Below, in pieces: positions 16,760 through 26,689 of a stretch of 36,813 nucleotides of DNA (within the stretch, counting starts at the first letter, position 1; every line of letters starts with the position of its first letter). The position numbers and the translations under genes were made by a program. The stretch covers positions 1 through 36,813 of the forward strand of contig JAPLUY010000005.1 in assembly GCA_026397385.1 (NCBI GenBank). The letters run 5' to 3'. The notes under the pieces were generated by a model. It did not search any database, was not told the origin of the DNA, and saw nothing but the letters and a program-made list of their open reading frames with translations. The stretch is from Candidatus Aenigmatarchaeota archaeon. GTDB lineage: Archaea > Aenigmatarchaeota > Aenigmatarchaeia > CG10238-14 > SCSR01.

Positions 16760-18033
16760 AGTTCAACGACATATTCAGGCTCTCGATGAACAACCTGCTG
16801 CACCGCGGCCTCAGGAGCTGGCTCACGATACTCGGGATCGTGATTGGCGTCGCAGCCGTAGTGGGCATACTCTCCATCAGCGCGGGCCTGCAGGAGAGCA
16901 TCTCCTCGAGGCTCGGCGGACTGGGCGCGGACATACTCACGATCACGCCGGGGTTCAGCCGGGCCGCAGGGTTCGCCTTCGCAGGCAGCGGCGGCGGGAG
17001 CACGTTCTTCACGCAGAGTGCATCATCCTCGAAGAACCTGACCACGCGCGACGTCGAGGTGATCAAGGCCGTGCCCGGCGTCGCAGTCGTGGACGGCATA
17101 GTGTCCGGCCGCGCGACCGCGTCCTACCTCGCGCAGAGCGCGTCCGTATCCGTGCAGGGCGTCGAACCGCTCGCATGGCGGCAGATGACGACCACGTCGC
17201 TCGGTTCCGGCCGCTACCTGTCGCCCGGCGACGCGAACGTGGTCGTGATCGGATACGGCATCGCCAACAACGTGTTCAAGCAGCCGCTCGGGGTGAACAC
17301 GCAGATCACGATCGGCGGCCAGCCTTTCAAGATAGTCGGCATACTGGAGCAGTCGACGGGCATCGGCGGAGGGGACAACAACGTCATAATGCCGGTGACC
17401 GCGGCGCGCAACATCGTGTCGGACATGACAGCGACCCAGCTCTCGTCCATACAGGTGAAGGTCGCGGACGTGAACGCGCTCAACGACACCAGCAACGCGA
17501 TCGAATCGAGGCTGCTGCTGTCGCGCCACGTGACCGGGACGACGAAGGACTTCACGATCACGTCGGGCGCGGCCATACAGGCGACCATAGCCAGCGTGCT
17601 GGACACGCTCAACCTGTTCCTCGGAGGCATCGCGTCCATCTCGCTGCTCGTCGGCGCGATCGGCATCGCGAACACCATGTTCATGTCCGTGATGGAGCGC
17701 ACGCGCCAGATCGGCACGCTGAAGGCATTGGGCGCGACGAGCTTCGAGGTGATGAAGCTGTTCCTTTTCGAATCGGCGATGCTCGGCCTCATCGGCGGGC
17801 TGATAGGCGTGTTCCTCGGCTTCATCGCGTCGGGCGCCCTGTCGGAACTGGGCGTCAGGCTCAACGCGGCGAGCGGGGCGGCCGCGGCGGGCGGGACGTC
17901 GAGCACGCTGATAACGCCGCAGCTCGTGCTGTTCGCGATGGGCTTCTCAATCGCGATAGGCGCCATCGCGGGCATACTGCCGGCGCGCAGCGCGTCGAAG
18001 CTGCAGCCGATAGAGGCGCTGCGGTACGAATAA
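16756..18033 (+). CDS. ABC transporter permease (MacB/FtsX family)
   Basis: RSWLTILGIVIGVAAVV, GIANTMFMSVMERTRQIGTLKALGA, PARSASKLQPIEALRYE. Confidence 0.95.
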   Translation: MKFNDIFRLSMNNLLHRGLRSWLTILGIVIGVAAVVGILSISAGLQESISSRLGGLGADILTITPGFSRAAGFAFAGSGGGSTFFTQSASSSKNLTTRDVEVIKAVPGVAVVDGIVSGRATASYLAQSASVSVQGVEPLAWRQMTTTSLGSGRYLSPGDANVVVIGYGIANNVFKQPLGVNTQITIGGQPFKIVGILEQSTGIGGGDNNVIMPVTAARNIVSDMTATQLSSIQVKVADVNALNDTSNAIESRLLLSRHVTGTTKDFTITSGAAIQATIASVLDTLNLFLGGIASISLLVGAIGIANTMFMSVMERTRQIGTLKALGATSFEVMKLFLFESAMLGLIGGLIGVFLGFIASGALSELGVRLNAASGAAAAGGTSSTLITPQLVLFAMGFSIAIGAIAGILPARSASKLQPIEALRYE

Positions 18034-18057
18034 GCCGCAGGACGCCGAATTCATTTC

Positions 18058-18735
18058 ATGGGGAACGTCTCACATCTCAGGAGAGGAGTTTTTCTAAAAA
18101 TAATTATGGCCGTAGCGGTCCTTTGCGCCGCCTTCTTCCTGCCGGCGGGCTCCCTGGGATACTGGCAGGCGTGGGCGTACCTGGGCGTCGTCTTCATCCC
18201 GGGGTTCTTTGTCATAATCTATTTCGTGAAAAGGGATCCTAAGCTGCTCGAGCGGAGGATGAGGTTCAAGGAGAAGATACGGGAGCAGAAGATCATAATA
18301 ACCGTCTCGAACATCATCTTCTCCATCGGGTTCCTGATTCCCGGTTTAGATTACCGTTACCATTGGTCCGTCGTTCCCGTGCCGCTTGTCATAATCTCGG
18401 ACATGATGGTATTGCTTGGTTTCATGATAGTCGCACTTGTCTTCAGAGAGAACAGCTACGCTTCTAGGATAATCCAAGTCGAAAAAGACCAGAAGCTCAT
18501 AACGACTGGGCCGTATTCGATCGTCAGGCATCCGATGTACCTGGGCGTGCTGCTGGCGATGCTGTTCACGCCGCTCGCCCTCGGGTCGTACTGGGGCCTG
18601 GTGGCGTTCGCACCGACCGCGATAATAGTCGCGCTCAGGACGCTGAACGAAGAGAAGGTCATGATGCGTAAGCTGCCGGGTTACAGGGCGTACGCCCGGA
18701 AGGTCAGGTACAGGATAGTGCCGTTCGTCTGGTAG
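18058..18735 (+). CDS. Isoprenylcysteine carboxyl methyltransferase (ICMT/PEMT) family membrane protein
   Basis: LITTGPYSIVRHPMYLG, EE...L.GY..Y..KV.YR..PFVW. Confidence 0.9.
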   Translation: MGNVSHLRRGVFLKIIMAVAVLCAAFFLPAGSLGYWQAWAYLGVVFIPGFFVIIYFVKRDPKLLERRMRFKEKIREQKIIITVSNIIFSIGFLIPGLDYRYHWSVVPVPLVIISDMMVLLGFMIVALVFRENSYASRIIQVEKDQKLITTGPYSIVRHPMYLGVLLAMLFTPLALGSYWGLVAFAPTAIIVALRTLNEEKVMMRKLPGYRAYARKVRYRIVPFVW

Positions 18736-18852
18736 TTTCGGGTTCTTCATCTTCCGGATTTCCGACAAACCCCCGACCTACATCTTTATATACTTTTAGG
18801 ATACAATACATTAAAAAGTTTAGTGTACGTGCACACAAAAACGGCGAGTGTC

Positions 18853-19272
18853 ATGGCAACAAGCGAGAGACGGAAACTGCCGAAGGAGATGCAGCGCACG
18901 AGGGACGAGCGCGTGACCGAGCGCAGCGCGACGCTCGTGTGCTTCAGCGTGCGGGGCGAGAAGTTCGACAGCGCGAGCGAGCGCAACAAGTTCTTCCGCG
19001 GGCTGTACGGATGGAAGCAGACCGTCAAGACGGAGGACGCGGGCGGGCATGAGAAGGAATATACGTACGAGCGCCATGGCGTGCTGGACCGCGTGCCGCA
19101 CAAGAGGGTCGACCAGAGCTCGATAATCATGGACGACGAGAAGGCCGACGACGTGCTGCAGTTCTTCAAGAGCTGGACGAACAAGGTCATGTGGCGCACG
19201 TTCCGCGTGATGCTCGGCGAGGAGGACGAGCTCGAAAGCGACGAGACGGGCGAGGAGGAAATACCGGAATAA
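18853..19272 (+). CDS. Conserved-looking hypothetical protein, possible Cas2/PaaX-like ferredoxin fold, acidic tail
   Basis: LVCFSV...RNKFFRGLYG...GVL..VPHKRVDQSSII; directly upstream of cdc48. Confidence 0.65.
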   Translation: MATSERRKLPKEMQRTRDERVTERSATLVCFSVRGEKFDSASERNKFFRGLYGWKQTVKTEDAGGHEKEYTYERHGVLDRVPHKRVDQSSIIMDDEKADDVLQFFKSWTNKVMWRTFRVMLGEEDELESDETGEEEIPE

Positions 19273-19314
19273 GTATTTTTGATTGCTTCGCTAGATATCA
19301 AGAGGAAGATGTAA

Positions 19315-21594
19315 ATGGCCGAAGAAGTCAAGCTGAAGGTCGGCGAGCTGACCGAGCGCGCCGAGGCCGGCAGAGGCATAATCCGTGTCGGCTCCGAGAC
19401 CATGAAGGAGCTTGCCATACGCGAAGGCGAGGTAGTCGAGGTCGAAGGCAACAAGAAGACCGCGGGCATAGCCGTTCGCAGTTATCCGTCCGATGTCGGG
19501 CTGAGGATCGCGCGCATGGACGGCATCATGCGCAGGAACTGCGACAGCGGCATAGGCGAGTACGTCAAGATCCGCAAGGCCGACGTGAAGGAGGCGAAGC
19601 GCGTCACGCTCGCTCCCGCGCAGAAGGGCATCGTGATACAGATATCGCCGAACCTGATCCGCCAGAACATATACAAGCGGCCGGTGATGAAGGGCGACGT
19701 CATCGTTCCGTCGCCGGTGATGCGCAGACGCGACAGGGACAGCGACTTCTTCTCCGAGTTCTTCGGCATGGACTTCGACGCGTTCTTCACGCCGTTCTCC
19801 GAGGACACGCGCTTCGTCGTGACGGAGACGGACCCGAAGGGCATAGTCGTTATAACAGATGCGACGGACCTGGAGATGCAGCCGCGCGCGCCCGACGACA
19901 TGAAGCTGGAGGACCGCGCCGTACCCACGGTCACGTACGAGGACGTCGGCGGCATGAAGGGCGTGACGGAAAAGGTGCGCGAGATGATCGAGCTGCCCCT
20001 GAGGCACCCGGAGCTGTTCGAGCGCCTGGGCGTCGAGCCGCCGAAGGGCGTGCTGCTTTACGGGCCGCCGGGCACCGGCAAGACGCTGCTCGCCAAGGCC
20101 GTCGCGAACGAGTCGGGCGCGTACTTCATAAACATCAGCGGGCCGGAAGTGATGAGCAAGTTCTACGGCGAGTCCGAGGCGAACCTGCGCAACATATTCG
20201 ACGAGGCCGAGAAGAACGCGCCGAGCATCATATTCATCGACGAGATAGACAGCATAGCGCCGAAGCGCGAGGAAGTCACAGGCGAGGTCGAGCGCCGCGT
20301 CGTCTCGCAGCTGCTGACGCTCATGGACGGGCTGAAGAAGCGCGGCAAGGTCATAGTGATAGCCGCGACGAACCGGCCGAACGCCATCGACCCCGCGTTG
20401 CGCCGAGGCGGGCGCTTCGACCGCGAGATAGAGATACCGGTGCCGGACCGCAGCGGACGATTGGAAGTTTTGAAGATCCACACGCGCAACATGCCTATGG
20501 ACAAGACGGTCAGCCTCGACTGGCTCGCGGACGTGACGTACGGCTACGTCGGAGCGGACGTGGCAGCGCTGACGAAGGAGGCGGCGATGAGCGCGCTGCG
20601 CCGCGTGCTGCCCGAGATCAAGTGGAAGAACGAGGAAGAGCTGCCGCGCGAGATAATGGAGAAGCTCGTCGTTACGAAGTCGGACTTCGAGAACGCGCTG
20701 CGCATGGTCGAGCCGAGCGCGATGCGCGAGGTCATGATCGAGGTGCCGAAGGTCAAGTGGAGCGACATCGGCGGACTCGAGGACGTGAAGCAGCGCCTGC
20801 AGGAGATGGTCGAGTGGCCGCTGAAGAACCCGGAGAGCTTCGCGCGCGTGGGCATAAAGCCGCCGAAGGGCATACTTTTGTACGGTCCGCCCGGCACGGG
20901 CAAGACGATGCTTGCGAAAGCCGTTGCCACGGAATCGGGAGCGAACTTCATCAGCATCAAGGGCCCGCAGGTCTACAGCAAGTGGGTCGGCGAGTCGGAA
21001 AAAGCAATCCGCGACATATTCCGCCGCGCGCGACAGGTCGCGCCCACGGTGATATTCTTCGACGAGATAGACTCGCTCGCTCCGAGGCGCGGCGCGAACA
21101 CGGGCACGCAGGTCACGGAGACGGTCGTATCGCAGCTGCTGTCTGAGATGAGCGGGCTGGAAGATTTGAAGGGCGTGGTCGTAATGGCCGCGACCAACAG
21201 GCCGGACATGATCGACTCGGCGCTGATGCGGCCGGGCCGCTTCGACCGCCTGCTGTACGTGCCGACGCCGGACGAGAAGACGAGGCTCGAGATATTCAAG
21301 ATACACACGAAGGACATGCCGCTCAAGGGCGTGAACCTGAACGAACTGGCCGAGAAGACCGACGGCTTCAGCGGCGCCGACATCGAGGCGCTCGCGCGCG
21401 AAGCGGGGATGAACGCGCTGCGCGAGGACATCGACACGAAGGAGATCAAGCCGAAGCACTTCGAGGAGGCGCTGAAGAGCGTCGGGCCGAGCATAACGCC
21501 GAACCTGCAGAAGCACTACACGAGCTTCGAGGACCGCAGGAGGAAGATGCAGGAGGACCGCATGAAGTCCGACGTGCCGAACTACATAGGATGA
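19315..21594 (+). CDS. cdc48: CDC48/VCP (VAT) AAA+ ATPase
   Basis: Double-psi-barrel N domain, two GPPGTGKT Walker A motifs, IIFIDEID and IFFDEID, and a C-terminal YIG. Confidence 0.97.
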   Translation: MAEEVKLKVGELTERAEAGRGIIRVGSETMKELAIREGEVVEVEGNKKTAGIAVRSYPSDVGLRIARMDGIMRRNCDSGIGEYVKIRKADVKEAKRVTLAPAQKGIVIQISPNLIRQNIYKRPVMKGDVIVPSPVMRRRDRDSDFFSEFFGMDFDAFFTPFSEDTRFVVTETDPKGIVVITDATDLEMQPRAPDDMKLEDRAVPTVTYEDVGGMKGVTEKVREMIELPLRHPELFERLGVEPPKGVLLYGPPGTGKTLLAKAVANESGAYFINISGPEVMSKFYGESEANLRNIFDEAEKNAPSIIFIDEIDSIAPKREEVTGEVERRVVSQLLTLMDGLKKRGKVIVIAATNRPNAIDPALRRGGRFDREIEIPVPDRSGRLEVLKIHTRNMPMDKTVSLDWLADVTYGYVGADVAALTKEAAMSALRRVLPEIKWKNEEELPREIMEKLVVTKSDFENALRMVEPSAMREVMIEVPKVKWSDIGGLEDVKQRLQEMVEWPLKNPESFARVGIKPPKGILLYGPPGTGKTMLAKAVATESGANFISIKGPQVYSKWVGESEKAIRDIFRRARQVAPTVIFFDEIDSLAPRRGANTGTQVTETVVSQLLSEMSGLEDLKGVVVMAATNRPDMIDSALMRPGRFDRLLYVPTPDEKTRLEIFKIHTKDMPLKGVNLNELAEKTDGFSGADIEALAREAGMNALREDIDTKEIKPKHFEEALKSVGPSITPNLQKHYTSFEDRRRKMQEDRMKSDVPNYIG

Positions 21595-21601
21595 GCGCAC
21601 A

Positions 21602-21850
21602 ATGGAAAACAAAGTGCCTCCGTTCGTTTTTGTTCTATCGCTAGCGATAATTCTGACGGTTGTGGTCATCGCTCGGGCGCCTGGCAAAGAATGTTCATCG
21701 TTCTCTTATTCCGATTGTCCGAGCGGATGCGTGGTGTGCCCTCCGTGCGAAGTGTGCAGTTCGATCAGCTGCCAGACCGAAGAATACTGTAAAAGCATCG
21801 GGTTTAACGAAGATTGGTATGGCACCACCGTCAGTGGAATTCCCAGATGA
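21602..21850 (+). CDS. Small exported eight-cysteine protein
   Basis: N-terminal hydrophobic helix followed by 8 Cys within 33 residues. Confidence 0.65.
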   Translation: MENKVPPFVFVLSLAIILTVVVIARAPGKECSSFSYSDCPSGCVVCPPCEVCSSISCQTEEYCKSIGFNEDWYGTTVSGIPR

Positions 21851-21888
21851 ATGATACGCAAAACAAGAAGTCTGCGGTCCGCGGCGGT

Positions 21889-22452
21889 TCACTTTCTCGC
21901 GATCTTGAACAGGTCGGCCTTCGTTATTATGCCCACGGTGTGCGTGCCCTTCGTCACGAGCACGGCCGCGTTCGTCTGCAGCAGCGCCGAGACCGTCGCT
22001 ATCGCCTCGTTCTCGCTCACGATCGGCGGTGCGTCGTCCATCACGGAGTCCACACGCGTGCGCATAATGTCATCGAGCTTCTTCCCGTGGGCTATCTCGT
22101 CAAGCACGGTCTTCTCCGACACGCCGCCCACCACGTGCGCGCCGTCGACCACTGGCAGCTGCGAATAGCCGCGCTTGTTCATCAGTTCCACCGCCTTGCC
22201 AAGCGTGCTCTTGCGTCCGATCGTCGCGACGTCCGCGCTCATCACGTCCTTCGCGCGCGCCTCGGTCGCGCGGCCCAGTTCATCGAAGACGGCGAACAGC
22301 CGCCGCACTATGTCGTAGCTCGGACTGACGCTGCCCGCCTCTATCTTCGCCACGATGGACTGGCTAACGCCCGCGCGCAGAGCCAGCTCCTTCTGCGTCA
22401 TCCCCGCGGCCTTTCGCCTGCGACCTATCTCGCGCACTTCCGGCAACGCCAT
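21889..22452 (-). CDS. XRE-HTH + CBS-pair transcriptional regulator (COG3620-like)
   Basis: RRKAAGMTQKELALRAGVSQSIVAKIEAG; CBS motifs GYSQLPVVD and VGIITKADL. Alternative starts at 22458 and 22461. Confidence 0.9.
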   Translation of the reverse strand: MALPEVREIGRRRKAAGMTQKELALRAGVSQSIVAKIEAGSVSPSYDIVRRLFAVFDELGRATEARAKDVMSADVATIGRKSTLGKAVELMNKRGYSQLPVVDGAHVVGGVSEKTVLDEIAHGKKLDDIMRTRVDSVMDDAPPIVSENEAIATVSALLQTNAAVLVTKGTHTVGIITKADLFKIARK

Positions 22453-22459
22453 AAGCATC

Positions 22460-22481
22460 ATATTCCTATAGGAATATTCCT
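22460..22481. promoter_or_regulatory. Overlapping palindromic operator between HTH-CBS gene and metK
   Basis: Perfect 18-bp ATATTCCTATAGGAATAT at 22460-22477, overlapped by perfect 12-bp AGGAATATTCCT at 22470-22481. Confidence 0.75.
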
Positions 22482-22532
22482 TTCAGTAAAGATTAATAAC
22501 CCCCGCCACGAAGCGCATATCAAGGTGGTTTC

Positions 22533-23699
22533 ATGGAGAACAAAGGCAGATACTTCTTCACGTCCGAGTCCGTAGCAGAAGGACACCCGGACAAGGTGGC
22601 GGACCAGATATCCGACGCCGTGCTCGATGCGATATTCACGAACGACCCGCAGGCGCACGTCGACTGCGAGAACCTGATAATGCAGGGCACCGTGATGGTG
22701 ACGGGGCAGATCACGACGAAGACGTACGTGAACATCCCGCAGATCGTTCGCAAGACGCTGAAAGAAATCGGTTTTGATAACGCCAAGGACGGCCTGGACT
22801 GGCAGACGTGCGGCGTGCTCACGTCGATCGAGGAGCAGTCGCCTGACATCGCGCAGGGCGTCGCCCAGAGCGCGGACCACGAGCAGGGCGCGGGCGACCA
22901 GGGCATGATGTTCGGCTACGCGACGAACGAGACGCCCGAGCTTATGCCGCTGCCGATAATGCTGGCACACAAGCTCGTCAAGCGTCTGGCGGACTGCCGC
23001 AAGCAGGGCATAATCAAGTACCTGCGTCCTGACGGCAAGTCGCAGGTCACGGTCGAATATCTGGACAACAAACCGATACGCGTCGACGCTGTCGTCATCG
23101 CGGCGCAGCACGGCGAGGAGGCCGGGCACGACCAGGTGAAGCGCGACGTGATCGAGCACGTGATCAAGCCTGTCATACCCGCGAACCTGCTCGACGCGAA
23201 CACGAAGTTCCACGTCAACGAGACCGGACGGTTCGTCATAGGCGGCACGCTCGCGGACAGCGGGCTGACCGGACGCAAGATCATAGTCGACACGTACGGC
23301 GGAGCCGGCCGGCACGGAGGAGGCTGCTTCTCTGGCAAGGACCCGTCGAAGGTCGACCGCTCGGGCGCGTACATGGGACGATACATCGCGAAGAACATCG
23401 TAGCGGCAGGCCTGGCTGACAAGTGCGAGGTCCAGGTCGCGTACGCGATAGGCGTCGCTCAGCCCATCTCGGTGATGGTCAACACGTTCGGCACCGGCAA
23501 ATGCGCGGACGAGAAGATCGTCGAGCTCGTGCGCAAGCACTTCGACCTGCGGCCGCGCGCGATAATCGACCAGCTCAAGCTGCTGCGGCCGATCTACAGG
23601 AAGACGGCCGTCTATGGCCACTTCGGCCGCGACGACCCGGACTTCACCTGGGAGAAGACCGACAAGGCCGACATCCTTAGGAAGGACGCAGGAATCTGA
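22533..23699 (+). CDS. metK: S-adenosylmethionine synthetase, bacterial/eukaryotic type
   Basis: [58 protein letters not shown]. Confidence 0.97.
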   Translation: MENKGRYFFTSESVAEGHPDKVADQISDAVLDAIFTNDPQAHVDCENLIMQGTVMVTGQITTKTYVNIPQIVRKTLKEIGFDNAKDGLDWQTCGVLTSIEEQSPDIAQGVAQSADHEQGAGDQGMMFGYATNETPELMPLPIMLAHKLVKRLADCRKQGIIKYLRPDGKSQVTVEYLDNKPIRVDAVVIAAQHGEEAGHDQVKRDVIEHVIKPVIPANLLDANTKFHVNETGRFVIGGTLADSGLTGRKIIVDTYGGAGRHGGGCFSGKDPSKVDRSGAYMGRYIAKNIVAAGLADKCEVQVAYAIGVAQPISVMVNTFGTGKCADEKIVELVRKHFDLRPRAIIDQLKLLRPIYRKTAVYGHFGRDDPDFTWEKTDKADILRKDAGI

Positions 23700-23724
23700 G
23701 CGCCGCAAGAAGCGGATTCCGAGT

Positions 23725-24042
23725 CTATCTGCGCCTGCGGCTCGATTTCCTGCCGCGCCTGCGCAGGCGTCGGACCCCCGAGCGTACGCCCGCGACGGCC
23801 TGCTTGGCGCGCATCCTCGACTCGACCGCGATCAGTAGCAGGCCTATAATCACGAGCGACGCGATCGCTATGCGCTCGAAGCCGAGCGTGGCGATGGACG
23901 ACATTATGTACTGCGTCAGCGTGAGCGAGGTCATCGACACGAACAGCATCACGAGCAGCACGCCCAACATGGCCCTCTTATGCTCGCCGACCGCGCTGCG
24001 CACACGGACGCGGACGCGCCTGAGCCTTCTCGACCTCGCCAT
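23725..24042 (-). CDS. Small two-TM membrane protein with Arg-rich termini
   Basis: Two hydrophobic segments flanked by R-rich tails; TTTTTAAT box upstream. Confidence 0.65.
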   Translation of the reverse strand: MARSRRLRRVRVRVRSAVGEHKRAMLGVLLVMLFVSMTSLTLTQYIMSSIATLGFERIAIASLVIIGLLLIAVESRMRAKQAVAGVRSGVRRLRRRGRKSSRRRR

Positions 24043-24127
24043 TATTAGATTCTGTGTTCGGCCGATTAAAAAGGTTTGCTAGCCGGGCCGGCCGAATCGT
24101 TTTATTCGTGCAAGACGAATATGAATT

Positions 24128-25443
24128 ATGGCTCGTTCTTTCGCAGCTGCCGCTGTCTTAGCGGTCGCGCTGGCGATGTCCGCGTGCGCTCTCGCACGGC
24201 CTGCGGCGGCAAGCATCTTCGCCGCTGACGCCGCCGGCAGCGCGGTGGGCAGTTTCTACACAAACGGCACCGTGTACGCGGCCGCGGATGCGAACATAAC
24301 GAACGAGAGCCGCGCCGTGCGCCTGTACGCCACGGCCGACAGCAACAGCTGGACCGACGGCGCCGCGCTCACGGACGTGTCAGGAGGCTACAAAAGCATC
24401 AGCACGAACTCGAGCGGGCACATGCCGCTCACGCTGCTGTGGAGCGGCCCGGCCGTCGGATCGTACGACATCGCCGCCGACGTGAACGCGGACGGATATT
24501 ACAACTCGGCTACCGACACCGTCTACAGCCTGTCGGCCGCGGGCTTCGCCGTGGTGCAGAACCCGCAGCCGTCGCTCGCCGTCGTGCCGGGACCGTACAA
24601 CCCTTCCGGCCGCGACTGGCCCGTAGGTAACACCAGCCACGCGACCGTGATGCAGCTCACGCTCTCCGGGGGGGCACCGGCGACGACGCCGCAGACGTGG
24701 GGATGACATACCTGGTCGAGGACGCCAACGGCGACGGCGCCTACAACACGGGCGACATCATGCTCGGCTACGGCACTTATTCCATGAACGACGGCGTGAT
24801 GAACTTCGCGATCGGCAGCGCCTACACGGTGCCTGCGGGCACGAGCAGGACCATGCTGCTGGCGTACGACATGAAAGGCGGCGCTTACGGAAGCACGTAC
24901 GCGGCCACGCTCGCTTCTGTGGACGCGACGGGCGTAGCGACGCACGACCCGGCGCAGGTGAGCGGGCTGTCCCTGACGTCGAGCGCGCTGACTCTCGGCG
25001 GGACCGCGGCGCCCAGCACCACGACCACCATGGCGAGCACGACGAGCAGGCTGCCCAACGACGAGTGCGCATCGGACTCGGACTGCCCGATAGAGTCGTG
25101 CACATCGCTGCAGATGTCGAGGTACAACTGCAAGGTCAGCCCGTCGAACGGCTTGCGCGTGTGCGCGGCGACCATCGAGTCCGTGCAGTGCTGCGGGGAC
25201 GGGGACTGCAACGCGGGCGAGACGTGCACGGGCAACTCGTGCTCGACGACGGGCTTCCGCCCGGTGTGGTTCGGCGGGAACACGAACTATCTGATGTTCG
25301 GGGTGATCGTCGCGGTCGTAGTCGGCACCGCGGCCGCGGTGTTCCTGATAATCACGAACAAGCAGCACTCGCACTCGCCTTGGAAGGGAGAGATCGACTA
25401 CGAGCGCGAGTGGCGCAGGCTGCGGGAGAAATGGAAGAAATAA
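24128..25443 (+). CDS. Cell-surface glycoprotein-like protein (signal peptide, DxDxDG loops, Thr linker, Cys-rich module, TM), interrupted near 24670
   Basis: ORFs 24128-24706 and 24697-25443 join across a G7 run at 24668-24674. The second frame reads GTGDDAADV...DANGDG upstream of its called start. Confidence 0.7.
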
Positions 25444-25512
25444 AAGGGACCTCGGGCATAGTTGATTTGTTCTTTTCCGGAAAGGCTTGACAAAAAAACG
25501 GAGGCGGTTCGG

Positions 25513-25557
25513 ATGGCGTGCGGCTGCGGATGTGGAGCGAGCAAGAAAAAGAAGTGA
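25513..25557 (+). CDS. Putative 14-aa micro-peptide MACGCGCGASKKKK
   Basis: GGAGG at 25500-25504, then ATG 25513 and TGA 25555-25557; non-random composition. Confidence 0.5.
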   Translation: MACGCGCGASKKKK

Positions 25558-25575
25558 GCTTTGGCGGTGTGACCC

Positions 25576-25695
25576 TTGGGATGGAGCGACCAGGAACCTG
25601 ACAGGAAGCCGAAGAAGCGCTACCGGGCGTACAAGCACGGCTTCGGAAGGAGCAGGTACGCGCTGGCAGACAAGTCAAAGCGCCCGGATGGTTGA
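25576..25695 (+). CDS. Putative 39-aa basic peptide (TTG start)
   Basis: GGTGTGA upstream; MGWSDQEPDRKPKKRYRAYKHGFGRSRYALADKSKRPDG with host-like codons. Confidence 0.4.
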   Translation: MGWSDQEPDRKPKKRYRAYKHGFGRSRYALADKSKRPDG

Positions 25696-25785
25696 AGTTC
25701 TTTCGTTTCACGTTTCCTATTTTTCGTCCTTAGCGTACTCGCGGTAGCATCGTGTTCTTAAACCTTACTGCCAATCATCATACTC

Positions 25786-26622
25786 ATGAAAAGGGGCACG
25801 CTGCCGTTCGTGTACGACATAGGCGGCTCGACGCTTGTCGGAACCGCACATATAATCCCGAAGCAGCTTTACGACGAGCGCTTCAGCCGCACGCTGCCCG
25901 AGATGGCAGAGTTCTATCTGGACGGAAAGGAAACGGCGGCGTTCGAGACCGACATAGGCGCCTTGGCGTCCGGCATCGACGGCTCAATATACGAGTCGAA
26001 ACACAAGCTCGGCGAAACTCTTGGTTCGGAAATCAGGGCGCTGGACAACGTGGTGAAAACCGACATTGCCAAGATTGGAACGCTGTACGGGAAACGCGCT
26101 TCAAAAATATTTCGCACTATGTACGATGACGCGCGGAAGACTGACGACCTTGCAATAATTGCGATGACCGCGTACACGGCAGAGATGTACTGTATGCAGC
26201 CGATACAACTTGACGCCGAGTTCTATTATCGAGCAAAAGACATGGGCAAGGCTTTACTGCCGCTGGAAAGCGTGGAGGAGCAGATGCAGGCTCTCAAAAA
26301 GGTCGGTGGAAACGTAGACGCGAGAAAGATGATTGACATCATCAAGGAGATTCTGGAAGGCACGGCGCAGGAGCGCGCTATGCGTGCAATGTTCGTCCCC
26401 TACGTGGACGGTGACATCGCGAGCGTCATGCGGGAGGTGTCGTCCCCGGAAAACTCGGCATCTTTCGGCCCGGTGTTCTACGATCGCAATCCGAAGTTTT
26501 ACGAAAGGAGCAGGCCTCTCTTCAACGACCCGAAGAACATAATCTTCGTCGGAGTCGGGCACTGCCCGTACATAACAGACCACGCGGCATCAGACGGATT
26601 CAGCGTTAAGAGGCTGAGCTGA
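25786..26622 (+). CDS. TraB/GumN (TIKI-like) family protein
   Basis: LVGTAH, AFE.D, LESVEEQ, DRN, FVGVGH. Confidence 0.75.
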   Translation: MKRGTLPFVYDIGGSTLVGTAHIIPKQLYDERFSRTLPEMAEFYLDGKETAAFETDIGALASGIDGSIYESKHKLGETLGSEIRALDNVVKTDIAKIGTLYGKRASKIFRTMYDDARKTDDLAIIAMTAYTAEMYCMQPIQLDAEFYYRAKDMGKALLPLESVEEQMQALKKVGGNVDARKMIDIIKEILEGTAQERAMRAMFVPYVDGDIASVMREVSSPENSASFGPVFYDRNPKFYERSRPLFNDPKNIIFVGVGHCPYITDHAASDGFSVKRLS

Positions 26623-26689
26623 AACTCACTTCTCGTCCTTCGAGCAGTCATTGCTACAATATAAAACCTTTGCCGTCCCAGAAAATGGT

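Noticed and set aside
25635-25660. SRP helix-8-like CTTCGGAAGGAGCAG
   Set aside because: The internal-loop register does not match, there are no flanking SRP helices, and it is better explained as coding sequence of the 39-aa ORF.
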